Assembly (NCBI GenBank): GCA_963745835.1
Contig: CAVUZH010000018.1
Location: 256,001 to 320,000, forward strand
Length of the DNA stretch: 64,000 bases
Source of the DNA: an uncultured delta proteobacterium
GTDB lineage: Bacteria; Desulfobacterota; Binatia; UBA9968
Direction: 5' to 3'
Part shown: one piece after another, positions 10,139 to 20,778 of the stretch
Layout of the letters: each line of letters begins with the position of its first letter
Numbering within the stretch: position 1 is the stretch's first letter
Made by a program: the position numbers and the translations under genes
Notes under the pieces: model-generated
Database searches by the model: none
What the model saw: the letters and a program-made list of their open reading frames with translations, nothing else
What the model was told of the DNA's origin: nothing

Positions 10139-11578
10139 TCAGCGATTGATCGTCGCGGTGGGTGAGGCTGCTTTGGCTTTCGGCAACGTCGTCACCACCG
10201 TTCGATTGCTCTCCTTCAAGTAATTGTTGGCGACACGCTGCAAGTCGTCCTTGGACACCTCGAAGATCTTTTCCTGAACCGAATTGATCAGCCCTGGATC
10301 GTTGTAATAAACCGCATAATAACCCAGAGTATTGGCGCGGCTGCGCGTGCTGTAGAAACTCTGCGCCCGCTGGCGACGGACCTGGGTGCGTACCTTTTCT
10401 ATTTCCCAATCCATGACGGCTTCGGTTTTGGTTCGCTCCAGTTCTTCATAAACGAGCTTCTCAATCTCGTCGAGGCTGATTCCCGGCCGGGGCATAACCG
10501 AAACCCAAAACAGAGATGGCCCGCGACGCTCGTCCGGTCCGGCGGAAATACTCAACGCGAGCTCTCTGTCCTTGACGAATTTCTGGTAAAGACGCGACGA
10601 TAATCCACCGGATAGGACCTGCCCCAATACCTGCAGCGCATAAGAATCCGGAGTATTCCCGGGCGGAATTTTATAGACGATATCGAGCCGGGGGGTTTGC
10701 GCAAAGGCATCCTCTATGGTGTTGCGGCGTTCAGCCTGTTGCTCCGGCTCCGCGACATTGAGCGCGGGTGGCGGCGGCTGTGACGGAATGTTCTCGAAGT
10801 ATTTTTTGATCAGTGCCATAGCCTCTTCAGTCTTGAAAGCCCCGACCAACGAGAGCACCGCATTGTTAGGCGCGTAATAAGTTCGAAAGAACTCCGCGAC
10901 ATCCTTTAGAGTCGCCGCGTTCAAGTCCTCCATGGATCCAATGGTCGAGTGCTTGTAGGCGAAATTGTCATAGGCGGTGCCGATGACTGCTTCATAGGTT
11001 CGACCATAGGGGCGGTTGTCGACTCCCTGGCGCCGCTCTTCCTGGACGGTATGGCGCTGGTTGTCCAGATTGGCCTGATTGATATTCAAAGAGCGCATGC
11101 GATCGGCTTCCAGAAATAGGCCAAGCTCGAGCTGGTTCGCCGGCAAAGTCTGAAAGTAGTTGGTGCGATCCGAATTGGTGGTGCCGTTGGCGCTGCCGCC
11201 GTTGTTAAGAACCAAAATAAAGTGCTCGCCCTTACCTACATTTGCCGAGCCCTGAAACATCATATGTTCAAAGAGGTGAGCAAATCCCGTGCGGCCGGGC
11301 TTCTCGTCACGAGAGCCGACATTGTAGGTGACGCAGATCGAGTAGGTTGGCGCATGCTGATCTTCCGAGAGAATGATACGCAAGCCATTGGCAAGTTTAT
11401 ATTCTTTGAAGGATACAGCGATGCTATCGGCAGATTGAGCGGCGGCGGCCGGCCTTATTTGTGATTGTCCAATCGCGCCCGCAGCGACAATCAGGATGAG
11501 CAGCGCAAGCGAAAAAGAAATGGCTTTAGACAAGTCATGCTCCAGAGTTATAAGTTTTAATTGACTAGCCATCGCCAC
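10139..11578 (-). CDS. M16 zinc peptidase, catalytic subunit
   Basis: GFAHLFEHMMFQGS (HxxEH), signal peptide. Confidence 0.93.
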   Translation of the reverse strand: MAMASQLKLITLEHDLSKAISFSLALLILIVAAGAIGQSQIRPAAAAQSADSIAVSFKEYKLANGLRIILSEDQHAPTYSICVTYNVGSRDEKPGRTGFAHLFEHMMFQGSANVGKGEHFILVLNNGGSANGTTNSDRTNYFQTLPANQLELGLFLEADRMRSLNINQANLDNQRHTVQEERRQGVDNRPYGRTYEAVIGTAYDNFAYKHSTIGSMEDLNAATLKDVAEFFRTYYAPNNAVLSLVGAFKTEEAMALIKKYFENIPSQPPPPALNVAEPEQQAERRNTIEDAFAQTPRLDIVYKIPPGNTPDSYALQVLGQVLSGGLSSRLYQKFVKDRELALSISAGPDERRGPSLFWVSVMPRPGISLDEIEKLVYEELERTKTEAVMDWEIEKVRTQVRRQRAQSFYSTRSRANTLGYYAVYYNDPGLINSVQEKIFEVSKDDLQRVANNYLKESNRTVVTTLPKAKAASPTATINR

Positions 11579-11791
11579 AGCTTTGTCACCGGCGAGGCAA
11601 AACAGTCACTCCACTCAGTATATGGGGACTATCCGGGAGCAGCAAGCGCACTGCTCGTCTGTTTCCTGTATCGGCCGGCTACTCCTCCATCAAAATCATC
11701 CATGAAGTGATTTCGCGATGATTCGAATTGAGTTGACAGCTCTTGTTTCCCGGCGGTAACGTCGGCCATCAAATCGACGAGGTGAGTTTAT

Positions 11792-12847
11792 ATGGCCGGG
11801 CCGGTGAAGGAGTTTGAGGTCCATCCTTATGTCCAGTTCATGATGGACAGGTATAGTCCCTATAAAAAGTGGATCGAGGCCGAAGGCGTGCCGATCATCG
11901 GCGGGGCGTTCGTCAGGGACGTGCGCACCGAAAAACTTGGCTATTGGAAGCGTAAAGAGTGCAAGGGCGCCATTTGCACGTTTTCCGATCAGATGGTTGC
12001 CGATGCCTACATTGCAGAGATCGATCCGGGAAAGAGCACCAAACCTCAACGTCAGCTCTACGAAGAAATCATCACCGTCGCAGCCGGTCGGGGCGCAACC
12101 ACCGTATGGTATGAAGGCACGGCCAAGCGAGTTTTCGAATGGGAAAGAGGCAGCACCTTCGCGATTCCACTTAACGCGTGGCACCAGCATCATAATGCCA
12201 GCGGCTCTGAGCCCTGCCGCTATTTTGCGCTCACCAGCCAGCCAGTGGCGTTCGAGCTTTTCCGAGACTCAGAGTTTATCTTCAACACGAATTATATGTT
12301 CACAGACCGTTTCGATCCCGGCGATCCCGAATTTTTTTCCAAAGAAGGGCAGTACTTCACCGAGTACTACGGCGGCATTCTCCATTCCAACTTCATCCCT
12401 GATATCCGGAAAATCAATCTCGTGCCGCGCGAGAAGCGCGGCAAGGGCACGCGCAATATGTATATTCATATGTCCGGGAGCGCGATGTTGGCGCACGTTT
12501 CGCAGTTTCCTGTAGGACGGTACAAGAAGGCGCATCGCCATGGCCCCGGTGCTCATGTGTTTCTGCTCGACTCGACGGGTTACACCTTGATGTGGAACGA
12601 GGGGGAAAAACCCGAAAGGTACGACTGGCACGAAGCGACCTGCATCTCACCGCCGGCGGGCACTTGGCACCAGCACTACAATACCGGCAAGGAGCCGTGT
12701 AAGTTTGTCGCGCTTCATGCCAACACGGCAGTGCAAAGAGAAGAGCGGGGCGTCGAACAGATCGAATTTGAGGACGAAGATGACTCGATGCGCAAGCTCT
12801 ACGAGGAGGAATGCGCCAAGAATGGGGTCAGGGTGGATATGCAGTAA
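11792..12847 (+). CDS. Bicupin protein
   Basis: IPLNAWHQHHN; KAHRHGPGAH; PPAGTWHQHYN. Confidence 0.85.
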   Translation: MAGPVKEFEVHPYVQFMMDRYSPYKKWIEAEGVPIIGGAFVRDVRTEKLGYWKRKECKGAICTFSDQMVADAYIAEIDPGKSTKPQRQLYEEIITVAAGRGATTVWYEGTAKRVFEWERGSTFAIPLNAWHQHHNASGSEPCRYFALTSQPVAFELFRDSEFIFNTNYMFTDRFDPGDPEFFSKEGQYFTEYYGGILHSNFIPDIRKINLVPREKRGKGTRNMYIHMSGSAMLAHVSQFPVGRYKKAHRHGPGAHVFLLDSTGYTLMWNEGEKPERYDWHEATCISPPAGTWHQHYNTGKEPCKFVALHANTAVQREERGVEQIEFEDEDDSMRKLYEEECAKNGVRVDMQ

Positions 12848-12903
12848 TCTACTACCAGAAGAATCGCGGCTACGAATTTGCGGCTCGGGCCGTTGGAGGT
12901 TTC

Positions 12904-13989
12904 ATGAATCAAATTAGACCGGCGTCGGCGTTCTTCATTAGTTATCTGGTACTAATTGGTTTATTTAGTGTCTTAAGCACGAGTGAAGCATCCGCGGCAT
13001 CCGCTTCGAATCCGCCACGCGAAAGTCAATCCCAAAATGAATCCCAAAGTGAATCCATCAATGAGCTTTATGAAAAAGCCAAGAAAGAAGGCGGCCAGCT
13101 GACGCTCTACATAGCCCTGTCGGCCCGTTCGGAAGAAATTATCCTGCCGTTGTTCAAGAAACGCTTTCCCGCCATTGCAGTGAACCACATCGACGCGACC
13201 TCCGATAAATTGGTGGCGCGGGTCTTGGCGGAGCAGCGCGGCGGACGAATCATCGGCGATGTATTCGGCGGCACTCCGGGTTATCTGGCTCAAATGACCG
13301 AGCAGAAACTGTTGGCGCCGCTTGCGGTTCCTGAGGCGGCGGCTTATCCGGCAATGCTCAAGGGAGCGGAGTGGGTGGCAACCGACACGCAGTATTTTAT
13401 CGCCGGATGGAACACCAGCCTGGTTAAAAAGAGCGATGAACCTAAGCAGTTTGAAGATTTCGCTGATCCGAAGTGGAAAGGGAAATTGATCGCCGAACCC
13501 CGGGATTTCCAGCTGTTGATGGGTTTGGCCAAGAGAAAATACAACAGTGACGAAAAGGCTGTCGAGCTATTAAAGAAAATCGCCGCCAACGGCGTGGAGT
13601 TCCATAAAGGTCATTCGCAACTTATCGAACTGTTGGTGGCGGGCCAGGCGCCGGTTTGCCTCACCTGTTATTCGCACCATTTCCCGCCGCGAATGAAAAA
13701 GGGCGCGCCGATTGTGCCGCTCTTGAGCGAAGGCGTCGGCGAAGTCGGTGGCAGCGTGGCGATTCTCAAAGGCGCGCCACACCCGCATGCGGCCCGGCTG
13801 TGGGCGCGGTGGGCTGTCAGTGATGAAGGGCAGAGAGCCTATGCGCAGGCCGGTGAAACACCGGCTCATCCGAACGTCGAGCCGGCGGAGAAGGTACGGC
13901 CTGAGACCATTCATATGTTGACGGCCGACGAGGTGAAGGAGTTTCCGAAATACGAAAAGCTCTGGAAGGGAATTTTCCAGATCCGATAG
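12904..13989 (+). CDS. Extracellular solute-binding protein (Fe3+/thiamine/polyamine class)
   Basis: Signal peptide, AKKEGGQL, DFADPKWKGK, APHPHAARLW. Confidence 0.88.
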   Translation: MNQIRPASAFFISYLVLIGLFSVLSTSEASAASASNPPRESQSQNESQSESINELYEKAKKEGGQLTLYIALSARSEEIILPLFKKRFPAIAVNHIDATSDKLVARVLAEQRGGRIIGDVFGGTPGYLAQMTEQKLLAPLAVPEAAAYPAMLKGAEWVATDTQYFIAGWNTSLVKKSDEPKQFEDFADPKWKGKLIAEPRDFQLLMGLAKRKYNSDEKAVELLKKIAANGVEFHKGHSQLIELLVAGQAPVCLTCYSHHFPPRMKKGAPIVPLLSEGVGEVGGSVAILKGAPHPHAARLWARWAVSDEGQRAYAQAGETPAHPNVEPAEKVRPETIHMLTADEVKEFPKYEKLWKGIFQIR

Positions 13990-14985
13990 CTAAAACGGCA
14001 AGACCGTTCCCACGCGTTTCGCCGCCGCGGAATGATAGATGTGGTTCGCTAGCGCGACATCTTGATTGACCAAGCCGATGGCGCGGATGAAAATCCGCTC
14101 CCGCTCGGATTGGCGTGCGGGCTTTTTGCCTGAAAGCAGTTCCGGCAGCTCGGCATAAAGATCTTTTTCGCTCAAGAACTTTTCTTGCAACATTCGCTGC
14201 ATGTCCGATTTATTCCTGCAGTGCACCCAACTATCGACGACAAACTTGTCGGCATCCTTGTAAACGTCGCTCTCCATTTCTTGATGTTTGCCGATCGAAT
14301 AGACCGTTACTCCGGCAGTGAGCCAATGGTTTTTAACGAACGGTGACGACGCAGTTGTCGCTGAGACCACCAGGTCGGCGCCGTTGAGGGCTTCCTCAGT
14401 GGAATCGACGGGACGGATGTTTAGGTTGTAGGCAGCTCCGACTTCCCTGGCGTAACTTTGACGGGACTCGGTGGCGCGCGAGGTGACACGGATTTCTTTT
14501 AGGGCAAACGCCTGCGCTATCACCGGCACGACGGCCCTCGCGGTGTCACCAGCGCCCAGCATCGTCAGGATCGCGGCGTTCTTGCGCGCGAGCAAGCGCA
14601 TTGCGACGGTCGCCGCCGCTGCAGTCCGCACTGCATGGCACCAGTCCTCGTCCATGATGGCACGGATCTCTCCGCCTTCACGGTCGCTGAGAATCAGAAT
14701 TCTTCTTGGTCCCCTTGGCGCGCGCGACACATCGCGGCTACCACCCGCGGCTTTAATCGAGCGAATACGAAATCCCGCGACCGGCTCAGTTGAAAGCGCG
14801 CAGCCGGTGACCCATGACTGCCAGCCTTGCTCCGGTTTGATCGCGAGATCTTCCGGCGTCGACCAGATCACTCGACCTTCGCTGTGATCGCGCAGCGCTT
14901 GCTCGGTAATTTCGATAGCGCGGCCGAGGTCGAGAACTCTTTTCACGTCCTCGTTCGATAGATAGAGAATGCCTTTTTGTTCCAT
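13990..14985 (-). CDS. Ornithine cyclodeaminase/mu-crystallin family protein
   Basis: VRTAAAA, LGAGDTA, ADLVVSAT, GLVNQDVALA. Confidence 0.88.
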   Translation of the reverse strand: MEQKGILYLSNEDVKRVLDLGRAIEITEQALRDHSEGRVIWSTPEDLAIKPEQGWQSWVTGCALSTEPVAGFRIRSIKAAGGSRDVSRAPRGPRRILILSDREGGEIRAIMDEDWCHAVRTAAAATVAMRLLARKNAAILTMLGAGDTARAVVPVIAQAFALKEIRVTSRATESRQSYAREVGAAYNLNIRPVDSTEEALNGADLVVSATTASSPFVKNHWLTAGVTVYSIGKHQEMESDVYKDADKFVVDSWVHCRNKSDMQRMLQEKFLSEKDLYAELPELLSGKKPARQSERERIFIRAIGLVNQDVALANHIYHSAAAKRVGTVLPF

Positions 14986-15013
14986 GGATTTTTCAACAAC
15001 ACATCACGAGTGG

Positions 15014-15141
15014 GAAATCCGAATCCGAATATCGATCCCGAAACAGACGCAAAGAATTCAATCCTAACTACGATCCGCCTGTTTGGAGTTCTCCGATTTT
15101 CGAAGAATCGATATTGTTTCGAATCTTGAGTTTCGGATTTT
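15014..15141. repeat. AAATCCGAA-type imperfect inverted repeat
   Basis: aaatccgaatccgaatatcga...cgaaaca versus tgtttcgaatcttgagtttcggattt. Confidence 0.5.
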
Positions 15142-15171
15142 TCACTCAGCCGCCAATTTCGCGCCTGTTGG

Positions 15172-16308
15172 TTACTTGATAATGTCTAACTTGCGACAAC
15201 CGGTGGTCAAAAATACAGGACCTTTCTCGGTAATGAGTACATCTTCTTCGAGATGAACCGCGCTTTTTTCGGAGCGAACTTTCGGTTCCAAGGCGAGGAC
15301 CATCCCGGGACGATAGAGCTCGGTCTCGACTTCGTTGAGCGATGGCGGTTCGGCTCTCGACATACCGATGCCATGGCCGATACGTTTCGGGCTCTCAACT
15401 GCCTGATAACCGCGCTTGACCAATTCACGGTTAGCCACGGGAGACACCTCGGCAATGCGCGTGCCGGGCTGCATCGACTCGAAACAGAGCTCGATCACGT
15501 CGCAGGCGGTCTCATGATCTTTTTTGTGTTCGGCGGTCGGTTCGCCAAAGATCGTCATTCGCGTGACGTCGCCGTAGTAGCCTTCATAACAGGCGCCGAA
15601 ATCGGCGATCATGCGGTCGCCCTGATTGTAGCGGCGGTCGTCGTAACGGGTCGAGGAATTAAGCATGAGAAAACCAGGATGGCGCGGGTGGGCGCCTTCC
15701 TCGATCATCGATATGTAGAGCCGATCCGCGACTTCGCGCCGGGTCATACCTGGTCTCAATTGAGGTAAGCAGCGATCGTACGCTTTGACCGAAATAGCAC
15801 AGGCCGTGCGCATGAAATCGATTTCCTGGGGGCTCTTGATCAGCCGCATTTCGGTTAGCGCAGCGGTGCCGTCTTTGATTTGTGCTTTTGGTAAAGCTTC
15901 GGTTAATCGTGAAAGATAGTTTACCGGAAAACCCAGACGCTGATCGTCACCGAGCTCAAACCCCAACTTAGATTCACCGAGACCTATCTCTTTGAGACAA
16001 TTGCCGATCATTTCTTCAGGAAAGGGTACGTCCGTATAGGCGCGCACTTCACCGATCCACGGCAGCGCCTTGGCTTTAGCTTTGTCATTGCCATAGACGA
16101 GCAGCAGCGGCTTACCGGTTTTCGGTAAAACGCAGATCTGCGGTCGCTGGATATGATCCAGCTGATAACTGATGAGACCGGTGAAATACCAGTAGTTGTT
16201 TTTTTCCGAGACCACCAATGCGTCGAGACCGTCGCGCTCCATCAGGATTTGTGCGCGTCGATAGCGGGTCAAATATTCTTCGTCCGCGAACGGGGCTTCG
16301 GTTGCCAT
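15172..16308 (-). CDS. M24 Xaa-Pro peptidase family protein
   Basis: Creatinase_N-like start; DFGACYEGYYGD, GHGIG, LEP, LEED metal ligands. Confidence 0.9.
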   Translation of the reverse strand: MATEAPFADEEYLTRYRRAQILMERDGLDALVVSEKNNYWYFTGLISYQLDHIQRPQICVLPKTGKPLLLVYGNDKAKAKALPWIGEVRAYTDVPFPEEMIGNCLKEIGLGESKLGFELGDDQRLGFPVNYLSRLTEALPKAQIKDGTAALTEMRLIKSPQEIDFMRTACAISVKAYDRCLPQLRPGMTRREVADRLYISMIEEGAHPRHPGFLMLNSSTRYDDRRYNQGDRMIADFGACYEGYYGDVTRMTIFGEPTAEHKKDHETACDVIELCFESMQPGTRIAEVSPVANRELVKRGYQAVESPKRIGHGIGMSRAEPPSLNEVETELYRPGMVLALEPKVRSEKSAVHLEEDVLITEKGPVFLTTGCRKLDIIK

Positions 16309-16344
16309 ACCTGCTGCCTCCTTGAGCTTCAGCGAAGATTCTTG

Positions 16345-17052
16345 CTAACTCGCGAGGGCTTTTCTGCCTTCTACTCGTTTGAGCTTGCCCACATAATCCA
16401 GTGCCTCGGCGAGCTGGATCACGGTTGCGTACTTGGCATTCATCTCGAACAGGTTCACCAGGTGCGAGGTGCGGGCACGATCGAAAACGCATTCCTCGAC
16501 TATAAAGACCGGATAACCGTAGGAGTAACCGTCGAGCACGGTGCCACGCACGCAGCCGCAGGTGCTGGTTCCAGTGACCAGCAGGCAATCGATGTTCTTG
16601 CGCACCAAGTAGGTGATCAGATGGGTGCCGAAGAACGCGCTGGCGCGGGCTTTGTGGACCACGAACTCGCCTTTTTTCGGTTTGATCATTTCGGGAAATG
16701 CCACGGCCAGCTTTTCGAAATCAGTGGCATCGACACCGCGTTTGGTGGCGTTGCCGAAGGCTGCTTTGAAATCCGGATCGCTGGTCGAATAAATCACCGG
16801 CACGTCAGCATCGCGACAGGCATGGAGCAGCTGTTGAATCTTCGGCAAGGCATCCCAGGCGACTTGGCCGCAGCTGGTGGGAAACTCGTCGATGGCATCC
16901 AGGACGTGCATCGGTTTGGTGCCGGTAAAACCGGTAATGACGTCGATCACCAACAGCGCCGGATTGCGGCCGAAACTGTCCTTGCCTTTATAGCCCGCCT
17001 TCTCGTAAATTTTTCTTTCTTCTTCCGGAATAATCTGTTCCCATTCGCGCAT
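16345..17052 (-). CDS. Isochorismatase-family cysteine hydrolase (N-carbamoylsarcosine/maleamate amidase-like)
   Basis: PALLVIDV, KARASAFFGT, GTSTCGCVRGT; AAGGAGG RBS. Confidence 0.9.
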   Translation of the reverse strand: MREWEQIIPEEERKIYEKAGYKGKDSFGRNPALLVIDVITGFTGTKPMHVLDAIDEFPTSCGQVAWDALPKIQQLLHACRDADVPVIYSTSDPDFKAAFGNATKRGVDATDFEKLAVAFPEMIKPKKGEFVVHKARASAFFGTHLITYLVRKNIDCLLVTGTSTCGCVRGTVLDGYSYGYPVFIVEECVFDRARTSHLVNLFEMNAKYATVIQLAEALDYVGKLKRVEGRKALAS

Positions 17053-17074
17053 GATTGCCTCCTTGTAATTACGT

Positions 17075-17231
17075 CTAGGAGGCTGCTGAAAAAGACTCAT
17101 AGACTTCGTTGCGCTCGCCCGACTCGCTTCAACGTACTGAAGCGTACGCCTCAGCTCATCGAACGTCGCGCGCCTTGTCTCTGAGATCTTTTTGAGCAGC
17201 CTCTAATCAAAATCTTTTATCAGGCTGCTAG
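17075..17231 (-). mobile_element. MITE-like element, copy 1
   Basis: CTAG at both ends, inverted repeats GAGGCTGCTGAAAAAG / CTTTTTGAGCAGCCTC; homologous to copies at 19361, 21375 and 51445. Confidence 0.75.
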
Positions 17232-18226
17232 CGAATCCCTAATGCATCATTGTGCAATCGGGTGATCTCACGCAGGTTCTTATAGCTCTCCGGAACTATA
17301 ACACGCCGTCTAAATCCCTCGAAAAGTTTGGGCGGATCAGGCTTCACATCTTTGCGCGGCCCGATCCGTCTGAAGCCTTTCAGCAATTCCTGTCCCTCTT
17401 TGGAGATCAGGTAGTCGATGAATAACTTGCCGGCATTGGGATGCGCAGCTTTCGCCGATAGCATGGACACGTTTAGTTCCACATTCACCGGCTCCAACGG
17501 TATCCAATCCACGGGCGCGCCGGTTTGCTTCATGCGCTCGATGATTTGCGCATAGACAAATGTCATCGAGCGCTCGCCGATGCTGACAAAATTGGCGCGG
17601 TTGGTATTGCCGCGCAGGAAGACCGGTTCTTGCTTGGCAAGGTCTTTGAAATAATTGATTGCTTTCTCCTGGCCCCATTCCTGACTGAGCCCGTAGAAGA
17701 CATCATGGTTCTCGATATCGATGATAAACTTTTGCCTGTATTGCGGCTTGAGCAAGTCCTCGTAACTCTTGGGAAGATCATTGCGCGAGAGGATCTTGGT
17801 ATTGTAACCGAGCACCAGCGTATTGAGGTAAACCGTGGCCCAATAACCTTTGGAATCGTAAAGATCGTCATAAAGGCTGGGAAACTCCGGCGACAAATAC
17901 GGCGCGATCAAATTTTTCTCGCGCATGGGAACGTAAGAAGGCGAGATTCCCACCGCGACATCGAACTTTTGCGCTCCTGCCTGAGCTTCGGTCATGATCC
18001 GGCTTACCATCGCGGTGCCGCCCAGGCGCACCAGATCGCCGCGGATGAACGGATACTTCTTGGTAAACGCGTCCAGCACGGGTTTGCTGTTCTGGATGTC
18101 CATGGTCGTATAAAACACCAGAGCCGCTTCCTTCTTGGCGCCTTCAATGACGGACGGTTCCGCCCCCAGCGCAAAAGAAACCGAGCACATCGACAGTACT
18201 AAGATCCAAAGCGATCGAGTGAACAT
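17228..18226 (-). CDS. Extracellular solute-binding protein
   Basis: Signal peptide, GAKKEAALVFYT, PKSYEDLLKP, HPNAGKLFIDY. Confidence 0.88.
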   Translation of the reverse strand: MFTRSLWILVLSMCSVSFALGAEPSVIEGAKKEAALVFYTTMDIQNSKPVLDAFTKKYPFIRGDLVRLGGTAMVSRIMTEAQAGAQKFDVAVGISPSYVPMREKNLIAPYLSPEFPSLYDDLYDSKGYWATVYLNTLVLGYNTKILSRNDLPKSYEDLLKPQYRQKFIIDIENHDVFYGLSQEWGQEKAINYFKDLAKQEPVFLRGNTNRANFVSIGERSMTFVYAQIIERMKQTGAPVDWIPLEPVNVELNVSMLSAKAAHPNAGKLFIDYLISKEGQELLKGFRRIGPRKDVKPDPPKLFEGFRRRVIVPESYKNLREITRLHNDALGIR

Positions 18227-18273
18227 GATTCCTTGCCTCGAGCCTTCGACATTATTTAGCGTTCGTTTAAACA

Positions 18274-19341
18274 TCAAGGGGAATAGGTTTTGTCTCCACG
18301 TCGGGTCATGAATAGATCCAATGGCAATTCGGAACCGATGCCTTTTTCACGGGCTTTTTCATACATCTTTCTTGCCGTGGCGGCGAATTGAATGCCCATG
18401 CCGGTGTTGTTCTTGAAAAGTGTGATCTCCTTGTCGTCGATACGCCCTCGGCACTTGCCGTTTAACAGATCACCGAGCTCGTGCAGATCATCGGCTTTGA
18501 CCATGCCGCGTTCCAGGCGTTCGTGAAACTCTGCCTGCTTGTCGATAAATATTTGCGGCTTGTAACCGACAACGATCAGTGCGGCCCTGGTAATCACGTC
18601 ATCATCCAGTTCTTTGCGCGGCAGAAAGCCGTCGCCGCCGACCAGGCTGGTGATATGCATGCCATCTTCCAGCCAGCGGCCCTGAACCACGGGATCAACG
18701 GTGTTCGTCGCAGCGCTCACAATATCGCTGCCGCGCACGGCTTCTTCGGCGCTAGCTACTGGCACCACCTCGATGCCGGTGTTCCCGCTCATCTCCCGGG
18801 CGAACTTCTCACGATTTTCTTTGGTCGGGCTGTAGACTTTGACTTTATTCAGAGGACGAATCGCCAGATGCGCGGTGACCTGAGTTTTTGCTTGCTCACC
18901 GGAACCCAACAGCCCCATGATCTTTGAGTCCTTGCGAGCCAGGTACTTGCTTGCGACGGCGCTCGTCGCAGCCACGCGCATCGCGGAAATATGATGATCG
19001 TCCATGATCGCCAGCAATTCGCAAGTGTCCATATCGAATAACATCACCAGCCCGATAAAATCGCCGGGGTAAATGCGCCGTTTGGCGCCATCGATCTGGA
19101 CTTCTTTGGAGAAGCTGGAATCGATGCGCAACGCCATGGATTTAACTCCCGGCACCAGGCCCATGATGTTGTTAAAATAATACTGCCCGCCCTCCTCTTT
19201 CCATGGCGTTCGCAGTCGCGCGCGCGGCGCATTCATTGCTTGGCCCGCGCCAAGCTCACGGAAAGCCTCCTCGATGGCATCGATCTCTTCCGCCATCGGC
19301 AGGAGATCTTCCATTTGTTCATTTTTAAGAACCAGAACCAT
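18274..19341 (-). CDS. Ornithine cyclodeaminase/mu-crystallin family protein
   Basis: MRVAATS, GSGEQAKTQ, ITLFKNNTGMGIQ. Confidence 0.9.
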   Translation of the reverse strand: MVLVLKNEQMEDLLPMAEEIDAIEEAFRELGAGQAMNAPRARLRTPWKEEGGQYYFNNIMGLVPGVKSMALRIDSSFSKEVQIDGAKRRIYPGDFIGLVMLFDMDTCELLAIMDDHHISAMRVAATSAVASKYLARKDSKIMGLLGSGEQAKTQVTAHLAIRPLNKVKVYSPTKENREKFAREMSGNTGIEVVPVASAEEAVRGSDIVSAATNTVDPVVQGRWLEDGMHITSLVGGDGFLPRKELDDDVITRAALIVVGYKPQIFIDKQAEFHERLERGMVKADDLHELGDLLNGKCRGRIDDKEITLFKNNTGMGIQFAATARKMYEKAREKGIGSELPLDLFMTRRGDKTYSP

Positions 19342-19360
19342 GCGCCAATCTCCTTTTATA

Positions 19361-19515
19361 CTACCAGCGTAATGAAAAGCTCTGATTACAGGCTGTTCAA
19401 AAAAATCTCAGAGGCGAGACGCGCGAAAATCGACGAGTGCAGGCGTACTTACGTAGTACGTTGGAGCGAGACGATTGAGCGCAACGAAGCCTATGCGGCT
19501 TTTTCAGCAGCCTGT
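19361..19515 (+). mobile_element. MITE-like element, copy 2
   Basis: ACAGGCTGTTCAAAAAA...TTTTTCAGCAGCCTGT with shared core ATCTCAGAGGCGAG...GCAACGAAG. Confidence 0.75.
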
Positions 19516-19749
19516 GACTTCTGCCTGCGTACAACAGATAAAGGAACCGAGTCAAGGCGCGCGCAGCATGAATTATTTTCTGATTGGTTTAGCGACGTCG
19601 CGATACGATCATCGGTATGCGCTTTGAGCGGTAAGCAGCCGCTAGCGAACGCAGCCCGTTCACTTTGATGTAGATCATCAGTACAAAGCGACCGAGCTAA
19701 TGAGAACCACTAGAGCAGGCCGAGAGGCAGTTAGAATTTTCGCGGCATT

Positions 19750-19777
19750 AAAAAAGGGCTGAGAATCCTCAGCCCTT
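19750..19777 (-). terminator. Intrinsic terminator of the ferredoxin gene
   Basis: Perfect 10-bp stem AAGGGCTGAG/CTCAGCCCTT followed by a U tract on the minus strand. Confidence 0.8.
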
Positions 19778-19810
19778 GGGAAGGTTCGGAAGTAAAATGA
19801 AGATCGGGCG

Positions 19811-20083
19811 CTAGCCTTTTTTCGCCTTGAACCAGTCGGCGTCGATCTTGATGAAGTGCTTCCACTTATCCGGAGTCGCCGCCTCCTCAAAAATTGCTTC
19901 TACCGGGCAAACGGGCTCACAAGCGCCGCAGTCAATACATTCTTCAGGATCGATGTAGAGCTTATTTTCTTTTTCGAACTCCTCAGCCTCATTTTTCGTG
20001 GGATGAATGCAATCCACCGGACAAACGTCGACACACGCAGTATCTTTGGTGTCGATACAGGGTTCAGCAATGATATAGGTCAT
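19811..20083 (-). CDS. fdxA: 7Fe/8Fe dicluster ferredoxin
   Basis: MTYIIAEPC..ACVDVCPVDCI; CIDCGACEPVCP. Confidence 0.93.
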   Translation of the reverse strand: MTYIIAEPCIDTKDTACVDVCPVDCIHPTKNEAEEFEKENKLYIDPEECIDCGACEPVCPVEAIFEEAATPDKWKHFIKIDADWFKAKKG

Positions 20084-20376
20084 CTATTTTTCCTCTCCTA
20101 AAAATGAAGTGACTTTAGTCTAGTAGCAAATCGAATTATCCAAGTCAATTAAGCAATTTAGCCAGATCGCCGCGGGTGCCTTCTCATCAGTCTGGGTAGG
20201 GGGAAAAAAGGTCTGACGGTTTTCGTTGCGCGTCCACAAAGGACATCCGAAAGGGATTACGGAACAAAAAAGCACTAATCGGTCGGGATCCGGCGTGACC
20301 GATGAGCGCTATGCTAGTTGACCGGTAAGAGCCCCAAGTGTTAGACAAGAAGATCTTTCCCTCAAGGAGTGTGATC

Positions 20377-20778
20377 ATGGCAAAACTCCGGCATCTTGCG
20401 ATCTTGACCCATCAACCGGAAAAACTCGCGGACTTCTATAAGAAAGTTTTTGAGCTAAAAGAAATGTACCGCACCAAAAACGGCTCGGTGCATCTCTCAG
20501 ACGGTGAAGTGAACCTGGCGATTTTGAACGCGACTGATCCGAAAGAGCCGGGTCACGCCGCCGGCATGTATCATTTTGGCTTTCATGTCGATGATGCCGA
20601 AGTCGTTGCGCAACGTATTCAAGAGCTTTACCCGGAGGGCGCTCCCAAAGCGAGGCCAAAGGGAACCAGCTACGCGGAAACTCGCGGTTCGGATCCCGAT
20701 GGCAACCTGTTCGATATCTCCACTTGGGGATGGGGTGAAAAACTGTTGCCCAAAGAAAAAGGCGGACCCGGCGCTTGA
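20377..20778 (+). CDS. VOC/glyoxalase family protein
   Basis: LRHLAI, FYKKVF, YHFGFHVDD, DPDGNLFDIS. Confidence 0.9.
   Translation: MAKLRHLAILTHQPEKLADFYKKVFELKEMYRTKNGSVHLSDGEVNLAILNATDPKEPGHAAGMYHFGFHVDDAEVVAQRIQELYPEGAPKARPKGTSYAETRGSDPDGNLFDISTWGWGEKLLPKEKGGPGA

Noticed and set aside
13657-13680. Heme-c motif in the SBPs
   Set aside because: The motif is CxxCY, not CxxCH
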